From Candidatus Hydrogenedentota bacterium (lineage in GTDB: Bacteria > Hydrogenedentota > Hydrogenedentia > Hydrogenedentales > SLHB01), in contig BTWA01000003.1 in NCBI GenBank assembly GCA_045863295.1, forward strand, positions 128,001 to 192,000: a stretch of DNA of 64,000 bases, in the 5' to 3' direction. The translations under genes were made by a program, and so were the position numbers. Of the stretch, positions 56,406 to 64,000 are shown in pieces. A model generated the notes under the pieces. The model did not search any database. It was not told the DNA's origin and worked only from the letters and a program-made list of their open reading frames with translations. The stretch's first letter is position 1. Each line of letters opens with the position of its first letter.

Positions 56406-59400
56406 ATGAACATCATTCAATTCTCCATCGAAAAACCGGTCACGGTAATTGTCGGTGTGCTGTTCGTCGTCATGTTTGGGATCCTCGCCCTACTGAAGAT
56501 CCCCTACCAACTCAGTCCAAACGTCGAAGAGCCCGTCATATCGGTGCGCACTGTGTGGCCCGGCGCCACCCCCTATGAAATCGAGCGCGATATCATCGAA
56601 GAACAGGAAAAGGTGCTCAAGGGAGTACCCGGCCTGTACGAAATGGAAAGTCAATCCTCCAATGGCAACGGCCAGATTACCTTGCGATTTCGAATTGGCT
56701 CCGACGTGAATGAGGCCTTGCTGCGCGTTTCGAATAAGCTCGACGAAGTGCCGTCGTATCCCGAAAATGTCGACAAACCCGTCATCAATGCCTCGGGCGC
56801 GGAGAGTTCCCCCGTCGTTTGGGTCGTTCTCAAAACATTGGAAGGAAACGACCGCGATATCTACACCTACCGAACCTTTCTCGAGAACGAGGTACGCCAA
56901 TATTTTGACCGCATACCGGGCGTCGCGGATCTCATGATCAACGGCGGCTCCGAAAGCCAGATGCATGTAATGGTCAACCCCGAACGCCTCGCCGCCTACG
57001 GGCTCACTATCGAACAAGTCATACAGGCATTGCGTAGCGAAAACGCGAATGTTTCCGCCGGCCTTTTGGGCGTCGGACGAAGGGATTACCGGATTCGTAC
57101 CGTCGCCGAATATCGTTCCACCGAGGATATCTTGAACGTCGTCGTTCACGCGGACGGAATGCGCGAAGTGACCGTAGGCGACGTTGCCACGGTTGAATTC
57201 GGATTCGCGAAGCTGGAAATCCCAACACTTAACAAAGGCGATAAGGGATTGACCTTCGGTGTCAAGCCCGAACCCAATACAAACGTCCTGGAACTCACCG
57301 ATCACGTGGAGCAGGTTGTCCATGAACTGAACGCGGGCTTGTTGAAGGAAAACGGCGTCTATTTCGACTGGGTGAACGATCAGCGCCCCTACATTCGCGG
57401 TGCAATTGCGCTCTTAAAGGAAAACATCGCCATCGGCGGTTTTCTTGCCGTAATCGTGCTGCTGTTGTTCCTGCGCAAAATTGCGCCCACCGTGGTGATT
57501 TTCGTCGCCATCCCCATCAGTGTGATCGGCACGTTTATCTTCATGTCCGCTTTGGGAAGCACACTCAACGTTGTAAGTCTCGCTGGCATTGCCTTCGCCG
57601 TCGGCATGCTCGTGGACAACGCCATCGTCGTGCTCGAAAATATCGACCGGCACAAGCACATGGGCAAAACCGCGGCTAAGGCCGCGTACGATGGCACCGC
57701 CGAGGTGTGGGGCGCCGTGCTGGCTTCTTCCCTCACCAATATCGCCGTTTTCCTGCCCGTCATTTTCCTGGAAGAAGAAGCGGGCCAGCTCTTTCGCGAT
57801 ATTGCGCTCGCCGTCGCATGCTCCATGTCCCTGAGCCTCATCGTTTCCATTACGGTCGTGCCCATGCTGGCCAATAGGCTCTATGGCATGGGCAGGGACA
57901 TTGGATTCGACGAGGGCGCCAGCACCAGAGGCATCCTGGGCCTGATCGGCGCGGGATTCAGCAAAGTAACCATGACCGTGCTCGGGGTGATACTGCGAAA
58001 TCGCGTCACGCAACTGGCTACCATCGTTCTCCTCACAAGTTCGGCCGTCGGCGCAACCTATGCCCTCATGCCCAAGATGGAATATCTCCCCCAAGGCAAT
58101 CGCGACCTCATCATGAACATCATCGTGCCCCCGCCCGGACTCTCCTTTGATGAGCGCATGGCCATCGGCAAAAAACTTATGGACTTCTTTGAACCCTACT
58201 ATGAACCCGGATACGAGGGGTATCCCGGAATTCGAAACACGTTTTTCAGCGGTCGTGACCAAACCATCGTGCTCGGCATAGTCAGCGCGGACCAGATGCG
58301 CACCCCGGAACTTCTACCTCTCTGCCGCAAAGCCATCGCCACCATACCCGGCGTGTTTGGAGTCAGCAACCAGGCCAGCATCTTCTCGCGGGGCATAGGA
58401 CGCGGCAGGACAATCGACGTTAATCTGAGCGGCAATGACATCGACCAGTTGGTCGCCGATGCCAAATCCATGTTCGGCATGGCCATGCAGTCCATGCCCG
58501 GCACCCAGATACGACCACAACCCAGCCTCGAACTCGCATTTCCCGAAAGCATCTTTGTACCCGATCGCGAACGGCTTCGCGCTGTCGGTATGACTGCACA
58601 ACAACTCGGCACCGGCATCGATGTTCTCATGGACGGACGCGACATCGGCGATTTCAAGCAAGAAGGCGACAAGAAAATCGATCTGGTCGTGAAAGTGGCG
58701 GACACGCAAATCGAAACCCCCGAACAACTCAACAATGCCTTGTTGGCCACCCCCAAAGGAGGCACTGTCCCCGTCTCCTCGCTCGCAAACATGGTGGAAT
58801 CCGCCGGACTCACCGAAATCCGGCACTTGGAACGAAACCGAACCATCACGTTGCAAGTAACGCCGCCCTACGAGATAACGCTGCAGGAGGCAATGGAAAC
58901 GTTTACCGGTACCATCGTGCCCGAGATGAAATCCAAGGGCATGTTGGAGGGCGTCGTAGTGGAACTTTCAGGGAACGCGGACAAACTCACCGATACCCGG
59001 AAGGCGCTTCAATGGAATTTCGTCGTAGCCGCGCTAATCTGTTACCTACTGATGTCGGCGCTACTGAGCAACTTTGTCTATCCCCTGATAATCATGCTCA
59101 CCGTGCCGCTCGCAAGCGCCGGCGGCTTCATCGGATTGAGACTCCTGAATGTGCTTATCGTGCCCCAGCAACTCGATATTCTGACCATGCTTGGGTTCAT
59201 CATTCTTGTGGGCGTCGTGGTGAATAATCCCATCTTAATCGTCTATCAGGCGCTGAATCTGGTTCGCTTTGAAGGAATGGATCACAAGGCCGCCGTGATG
59301 GAATCCACCCGCACGCGTCTGCGGCCGATCTACATGAGCGCCACCACCAGCATCATCGGCCTTCTTCCACTCGTGCTGTGGCCGGGGCCAGGCTCTGAAC

Positions 59401-59579
59401 TGTATCGCGGCCTTGGTAGCGTGATGTTGGGCGGTATGGCCCTTTCCACCGTGTTCACTGTATTCTTGATTCCCCCCCTGCTCATGTTCTGCATCTGGAT
59501 GGAAAGACCCGCGGCCGCAATAGAATCCGCGGCCATCCCAGTCTCAGCGAGGCCTGTGGCGGAACCCGTAGGTAAATAA
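56406..59579 (+). CDS. RND efflux permease (AcrB-like)
   Basis: PGA.P.EIE, IPIS.IGTF, LN..SL.G.A.AVGMLVDNAIVV.ENI, RLRPI.M..TT. Confidence 0.95.
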   Translation: MNIIQFSIEKPVTVIVGVLFVVMFGILALLKIPYQLSPNVEEPVISVRTVWPGATPYEIERDIIEEQEKVLKGVPGLYEMESQSSNGNGQITLRFRIGSDVNEALLRVSNKLDEVPSYPENVDKPVINASGAESSPVVWVVLKTLEGNDRDIYTYRTFLENEVRQYFDRIPGVADLMINGGSESQMHVMVNPERLAAYGLTIEQVIQALRSENANVSAGLLGVGRRDYRIRTVAEYRSTEDILNVVVHADGMREVTVGDVATVEFGFAKLEIPTLNKGDKGLTFGVKPEPNTNVLELTDHVEQVVHELNAGLLKENGVYFDWVNDQRPYIRGAIALLKENIAIGGFLAVIVLLLFLRKIAPTVVIFVAIPISVIGTFIFMSALGSTLNVVSLAGIAFAVGMLVDNAIVVLENIDRHKHMGKTAAKAAYDGTAEVWGAVLASSLTNIAVFLPVIFLEEEAGQLFRDIALAVACSMSLSLIVSITVVPMLANRLYGMGRDIGFDEGASTRGILGLIGAGFSKVTMTVLGVILRNRVTQLATIVLLTSSAVGATYALMPKMEYLPQGNRDLIMNIIVPPPGLSFDERMAIGKKLMDFFEPYYEPGYEGYPGIRNTFFSGRDQTIVLGIVSADQMRTPELLPLCRKAIATIPGVFGVSNQASIFSRGIGRGRTIDVNLSGNDIDQLVADAKSMFGMAMQSMPGTQIRPQPSLELAFPESIFVPDRERLRAVGMTAQQLGTGIDVLMDGRDIGDFKQEGDKKIDLVVKVADTQIETPEQLNNALLATPKGGTVPVSSLANMVESAGLTEIRHLERNRTITLQVTPPYEITLQEAMETFTGTIVPEMKSKGMLEGVVVELSGNADKLTDTRKALQWNFVVAALICYLLMSALLSNFVYPLIIMLTVPLASAGGFIGLRLLNVLIVPQQLDILTMLGFIILVGVVVNNPILIVYQALNLVRFEGMDHKAAVMESTRTRLRPIYMSATTSIIGLLPLVLWPGPGSELYRGLGSVMLGGMALSTVFTVFLIPPLLMFCIWMERPAAAIESAAIPVSARPVAEPVGK

Positions 59580-59667
59580 CCAGGCACTGAACATGGCGAA
59601 TCAACCGGGCAACGTGATATAAACGCGAAGCGAACACGCTTCCAAAGCGCCACGGGGTACACGCAAC

Positions 59668-60606
59668 GTGAAAATGAAACGGCGATCTTTTCTCCAATGG
59701 TCCAGTGTCATGGCCGCATCCACCGCCTTGGCCCAACCCGCGTCCGCCAAAACAGTGAACGGCGTTCCCTACCGCGTGCTGGGCAAGACCGGAGTGGAAG
59801 TGTCTCTGCTTGGCGTTGGCGGCTCGCATATCGGCGAAGATTCCCTGACGGATGAACAGGCTATCTCATTGATGCGCACGGCCGTTGACGAAGGCATCAA
59901 CTTCTTCGATAACGCATGGGAATACAAGGGCGGCCGAAGCGAAGAACGCATGGGCAAGGCACTCAAGAGCGGGTATCGCGAAAAAGTGTTTCTCATGACC
60001 AAGACGCTCACCCGTGATAGCAAATACGCCCAACAACAACTCGAGGCTAGCCTGCGGCGCCTCGACGTGGACGCCATAGACCTGTGGCAGGTCCACGCCA
60101 TCGGAAACTTCCCGACTGACACGAAAGCCGTGTTTGAACGGGGTGTCTTGGAAGTCGCGGTGAAAGCCCGCGAACAGGGAAAGATCAAATACATCGGATT
60201 CACCGGCCATCGAGATCCGGCTATCCACCTCGCCGTCTTGAACGGACCGTTTGAATGGGACACCATTCAAATGCCCATGAACTGTTTCGATGTACACAAT
60301 AAAAGTTTTGTGAAAGACGTCGCTCCCGCAGCCAGAGACAAAGGGCTCGGAATAATCGCCATGAAAACTCTTGCCTCGGGCGCAATTCCCCGCTCAGGTT
60401 CGGCCACCCCCGAAGAAGCCCTGCGATATGCAATGTCTCTGCCCGTATCCGTCGTCGTGTCCGGCATGGATTCGATGGAGAAACTGCGCGCAAACCTCGC
60501 AGTCGCGAAAGCGTTCAAACCTATGTCAGAAACGGAAGTCGCCGCGTTACTGGACCGCACAAAAGCCAAAGCCTCGGAAAAAGACGCGGAATGGTACAAG
60601 GCATGA
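59668..60606 (+). CDS. Aldo/keto reductase with Tat-like signal
   Basis: KRRSFL; R.LG.TG..VS, FFDNA..Y..G.SE, TK, IDLWQ.H, GK...IG.TGH, AMK. Confidence 0.9.
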   Translation: MKMKRRSFLQWSSVMAASTALAQPASAKTVNGVPYRVLGKTGVEVSLLGVGGSHIGEDSLTDEQAISLMRTAVDEGINFFDNAWEYKGGRSEERMGKALKSGYREKVFLMTKTLTRDSKYAQQQLEASLRRLDVDAIDLWQVHAIGNFPTDTKAVFERGVLEVAVKAREQGKIKYIGFTGHRDPAIHLAVLNGPFEWDTIQMPMNCFDVHNKSFVKDVAPAARDKGLGIIAMKTLASGAIPRSGSATPEEALRYAMSLPVSVVVSGMDSMEKLRANLAVAKAFKPMSETEVAALLDRTKAKASEKDAEWYKA

Positions 60607-60643
60607 AGCCGCCCGGAAGAAGGCGTAAGCACAGCTGTCGCAC

Positions 60644-61762
60644 GTGATTCAGAAAAACCAAAAAGAACTTGCCTTTCAATCAAACCGTGTCGTATCCATG
60701 GATCAATTCCGCGGCTACACGGTGGCCGGAATGTTTCTCGTCAATGGTATCGGCCACTACAGGGCCATACCCGGCATCCTCGGCCACCACAATACCTATT
60801 GCAGCTACGCAGACGTCATTATGCCCCAGTTCTTCTTTGCGGTCGGATTCGCCCTTCGGCTGGCTCTGTTACGACACATCGAGAAATCAGGAAAGCCTGA
60901 GGCATACAAAAAAGCGGTCTGGCGTTGTCTCGCGCTCATGTTGATAGGTTTTGTGGTCTACGGGCTGAATGGCTCCTACCAACGATGGGACGAATTGAAA
61001 GATTTGGGCCTCTGGGGATTCTTGACCACCAGTTTTCACCGCAGCTATTTCCAGGCACTCGTACACATCGGCGTCACCAGCCTCTGGATCCTTCCCGTCA
61101 TTGCGGCAGGCATCCCCGCGCGAATCGTGTTCATGACTCTGTCCGCGGCATTGCAACTGTCACTGTGTGCCTGGTTTTATTTCGATTGGGGCTTCGCCGT
61201 CCGTGTGGTGGACGGAGGACCCATCGGATTCCTGACCTGGTGCATCCCTGCGCTGTTTGGGTCGATCGCCTACGATGTCGTCACTGGGCAAACGCCGCCG
61301 AGAGCCATTCGCACTGTGGCGGTTTGGTCGGGCACCCTCATGGTCATCGGCTACGCATTGTCATGCCTCGCTGCGATAAAGCAGCCCGGCACGGGCCTCG
61401 GGCAATTCCTTGTCGAACCTCCCTTCATCGACACGTGGCGAGACATCAATCTATGGACCATGTCGCAGAGGGTCGCAAGTGTCTCGTATCTCGTTTTTGC
61501 GGCCGGTTTTTCCGGCATCTCATACGTGTTCTTTATCTGGTGGTCGGATATCAAGGGATACTCCTCGGAGTTGTTTCGCGTCTTTGGACAAAATGCCCTC
61601 GTCGGGTACATTATCCACCTCTACGTCGAAGAGTCCGTGAACAACTTCATCCCGCACGATGCCCCGCTTTGGTGGGTCATCTTTGGGTTCTCCATCTTCT
61701 TTGGCATCACGTGGCTGCTCATGCGAGGCCTCGATCGACAGGGGATTCACCTCCGCCTGTAA
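60644..61762 (+). CDS. HGSNAT-like (DUF1624/DUF5009) membrane acyltransferase
   Basis: R..SMDQFRG.TV.GM..VN, HH, AD..MP.F.FAVG, FG.NAL..Y; multi-TM. Confidence 0.8.
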   Translation: MIQKNQKELAFQSNRVVSMDQFRGYTVAGMFLVNGIGHYRAIPGILGHHNTYCSYADVIMPQFFFAVGFALRLALLRHIEKSGKPEAYKKAVWRCLALMLIGFVVYGLNGSYQRWDELKDLGLWGFLTTSFHRSYFQALVHIGVTSLWILPVIAAGIPARIVFMTLSAALQLSLCAWFYFDWGFAVRVVDGGPIGFLTWCIPALFGSIAYDVVTGQTPPRAIRTVAVWSGTLMVIGYALSCLAAIKQPGTGLGQFLVEPPFIDTWRDINLWTMSQRVASVSYLVFAAGFSGISYVFFIWWSDIKGYSSELFRVFGQNALVGYIIHLYVEESVNNFIPHDAPLWWVIFGFSIFFGITWLLMRGLDRQGIHLRL

Positions 61763-61770
61763 GCGGCCAC

Positions 61771-64000
61771 TCACCCGGTGGGCCTCGGACCGTGACCAGG
61801 TTCACCGCTGTGGCCGTAGGGATCCACGTTCAGAAAACTCTGATTGTCCAGCGACTCGTATTCGTTCACGGCCTTCCAATTGAACTCCACGTCAAAAGGA
61901 TCGAAGGCCTTTTGTGGATCGAATATCTCCGGATGAACCGGCAGCGCATTATAAGGTTCCAGATTTTCCGCGTCCTGGGTAAACATGTCCGACAGATCGC
62001 TCGCAAATCCGTCGTATTGGTTTAGCGACGGCATTCCGTGGATCAGAAACAGCGTCTTTAGGATGCTGGCAATGCTGGAATGCGTGTGTGAAATATGATC
62101 CCGTTTCGCATACGGTCCAATCACCATGCAAATCGATCGGTGTGCGTCCACGGTATCCCTATAACCCTGCGCGTCGTCTTCTGTCACAAAGATGACCGTG
62201 TTGGGCCAGAACGGACTGTGACTGATCATTTCAACGAGCCGCCCAAGGGCCAAATCATTGTCGCTCATGTACGAACCCCAGAACGGATACCCATCGTCAG
62301 GCCGCTCGGATGCGCCATGATCATTGGGCAACATCATCGTGATCACTTTCGGAAATGGCTCATGCCCTGACAGCCACCGCTCCTTAAATTCCTTCTCAAA
62401 CTGGTCCATCCGGAATTGGTCCGGTATGTTGGTGTTGTACGTCGCAAACGTGCGCGACGTGTTCTCGAACAGTGCCTGGGGCATTGGATAATTCACGTTC
62501 AGACGGATTCCCGTATACCGATCCTGCTGCTCCTCTTCCTGGGGTTTGAACTCAAACCCAAGACCAAAATTGCGGAACGGTATGGCATTCCGATCGAAGT
62601 GTTCCCAGATCGCCCCGCCCTCGTTGTAGTCTTCCGGATAAATCGCACCGGAGGAACCGATAAACGAATGATTCCCTGGGCCATCGCCTTTGGCGGATTC
62701 CCCGATGCGTGCCTCCATAAACTCGTTCGGATACGTCCCCACCAGCCACCGGTGACCGTCCACGGAATGATCGGAGTCGCAATAGAAATTGTCATTGATC
62801 GCGAAGCGCTTGGCCAGCGCAATGTGATTGGGCATCAATACGACGTCTTTTACCGTCCGCGTGCCTTCCTTGTTCGACACATCGATCGGCTTGCCCAGAC
62901 GGCACCACTCCGGATCGCCCTTGCCCCCCTGCATTGCCCCAAAGACCTCGTCATAAGTGCGGTTCTCTTTCGTCACGTAGATGACATGCTTAATGGGGCT
63001 GGGCCAGGCTCCGGGAATGGGAGGTACCGGAAAACCCTCTTTGCGGCCATCGTCCCCCAGGGATCGGATCGCCACATTGTTCTCGATAACCTTCTGTGTC
63101 AATGCATCCAAGGCTTCAGGCGACTCAGGAACATCAATGATGTTTATGTATCCCCGCATCAATGCGCCTATGCCCGTGGGCTCACCTTCAGGGAAATTCG
63201 CCCCCGCATTCGGCCCTGAACCAATCCCCTTCGCACAGGACACGATAATCCGCTTACCATCGGAGGTCACGGCAATCTTGCTTGGAAACCATGCCGTCGG
63301 TATGTGCCCCAACACGGTATTGTCTCGAACACGAACAACCGCCACCGCATTGACCCCTGCCTCGCACACATAAAGCAACTGCCGATCAGGAGATAGCGTC
63401 ATTCCAAACGGAATCATGCCTTTCAGATGGTCAACACGTGGGTCCAGACTCAGATCGAGATCGGCCACGCGCTCACCCTTGCGCGCGTCAATTACGGTCA
63501 AGCTGTCGTTGCTCCCGTTCGACACATACACGAAATCGTCGGTCGCTGCCATCGAATTCGGGCTGCTGCCGCCCACGGCGGGGAAGTCCTCCAATGGCTC
63601 GCCCACGAGATGTCCTGTCTTCGTCTTTGCCACAACCTGCTCGCCGCCCGGCTGACTCACATCCACAGTCCAGACGGACATGCCACGGATATCGTTGGGA
63701 TCGCCGAGCCCGGGAGCCGTGACGCCGTTGCGCACCACTCCCTCTTCCGCCTCCTGGGAGGGAACGCCAAAGGCGGGGAAATCAATCATGGTGACAGCGC
63801 CTTTTTCGTCGCGGTAGTAGTCATACTCGTAGATCCCCACGTTGGCCACGTATGCCTTACTCCCGTCGGGTGACAATGCGATTCCAAACGGATACCGGCC
63901 AACCCCGATACTCCGCGACACTTTACTTTCGGTAACGTCTACCACGATGAGGCGAAAATTGGATTGATCGACCACGTACAGATGTCGTCCGTCGATGGAA
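61771..64000 (-). CDS. YncE-like beta-propeller + phosphoesterase/alkaline-phosphatase-superfamily protein (5' end beyond window)
   Basis: VG.YPFGI.LSPDG...YV repeats; IKHV.Y..KENRTYD, DNFY, DGH.W, PNDH, DND.ALG, EDDAQ...D.VDAHRS; frame open to 64000. Confidence 0.88.
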   Translation of the reverse strand, partial: SIDGRHLYVVDQSNFRLIVVDVTESKVSRSIGVGRYPFGIALSPDGSKAYVANVGIYEYDYYRDEKGAVTMIDFPAFGVPSQEAEEGVVRNGVTAPGLGDPNDIRGMSVWTVDVSQPGGEQVVAKTKTGHLVGEPLEDFPAVGGSSPNSMAATDDFVYVSNGSNDSLTVIDARKGERVADLDLSLDPRVDHLKGMIPFGMTLSPDRQLLYVCEAGVNAVAVVRVRDNTVLGHIPTAWFPSKIAVTSDGKRIIVSCAKGIGSGPNAGANFPEGEPTGIGALMRGYINIIDVPESPEALDALTQKVIENNVAIRSLGDDGRKEGFPVPPIPGAWPSPIKHVIYVTKENRTYDEVFGAMQGGKGDPEWCRLGKPIDVSNKEGTRTVKDVVLMPNHIALAKRFAINDNFYCDSDHSVDGHRWLVGTYPNEFMEARIGESAKGDGPGNHSFIGSSGAIYPEDYNEGGAIWEHFDRNAIPFRNFGLGFEFKPQEEEQQDRYTGIRLNVNYPMPQALFENTSRTFATYNTNIPDQFRMDQFEKEFKERWLSGHEPFPKVITMMLPNDHGASERPDDGYPFWGSYMSDNDLALGRLVEMISHSPFWPNTVIFVTEDDAQGYRDTVDAHRSICMVIGPYAKRDHISHTHSSIASILKTLFLIHGMPSLNQYDGFASDLSDMFTQDAENLEPYNALPVHPEIFDPQKAFDPFDVEFNWKAVNEYESLDNQSFLNVDPYGHSGEPGHGPRPTG

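Noticed and set aside
57600..59240. RND relay residues VDNA / VVNN instead of DD / K
   Set aside because: A common pattern in a large RND subfamily; not novel

Overview
GC-rich (roughly 58-60% by eye) bacterial chromosomal window made mostly of core and envelope genes. It shows no integrase, prophage or CRISPR array. An intact peptidoglycan dcw cluster sits alongside Planctomycete-style modules (PSD1/DUF1553-DUF1501, a DUF1559-like H-X9-DG protein, redoxin-cytochrome c fusions). This mix suggests a Hydrogenedentota-like organism, but that is inference only. Contents in order: partial PHP-type metallohydrolase; GT2-PssD-PssE glycosyltransferase trio; tRNA-Arg(CCT); DoxX, DUF423, an unannotated 51-aa ORF, arfB and rmlA; a REP/REPIN-flanked patch (DUF1398, MarR, hicB plus a doubly broken hicA); PSD1-DUF1501; a Tat-exported unknown; a BON protein; NfeD-flotillin-ABC pair; two paralogous secreted unknowns; GT2; NUDIX-MBL fusion; two tandem redoxin-cytochrome c-copper monooxygenase fusions; lipid kinase; apaG with a TPR lipoprotein and an active plus a catalytically dead HtrA; tag; DUF2071; a lipoprotein; HD-GYP; the dcw cluster mraZ to murG; esterase, RND pump, AKR and acyltransferase; partial YncE/phosphoesterase. 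The most unusual observations are: (1) a non-canonical STAS gene inserted between mraZ and rsmH, (2) an MraY with a ~140-aa periplasmic insertion, (3) the tandem secreted PHM-like copper monooxygenase fusions, (4) the coupled HtrA/pseudo-HtrA/TPR operon, and (5) the paralogous secreted pair. All family assignments come from motif recognition by eye; no database searches were run.
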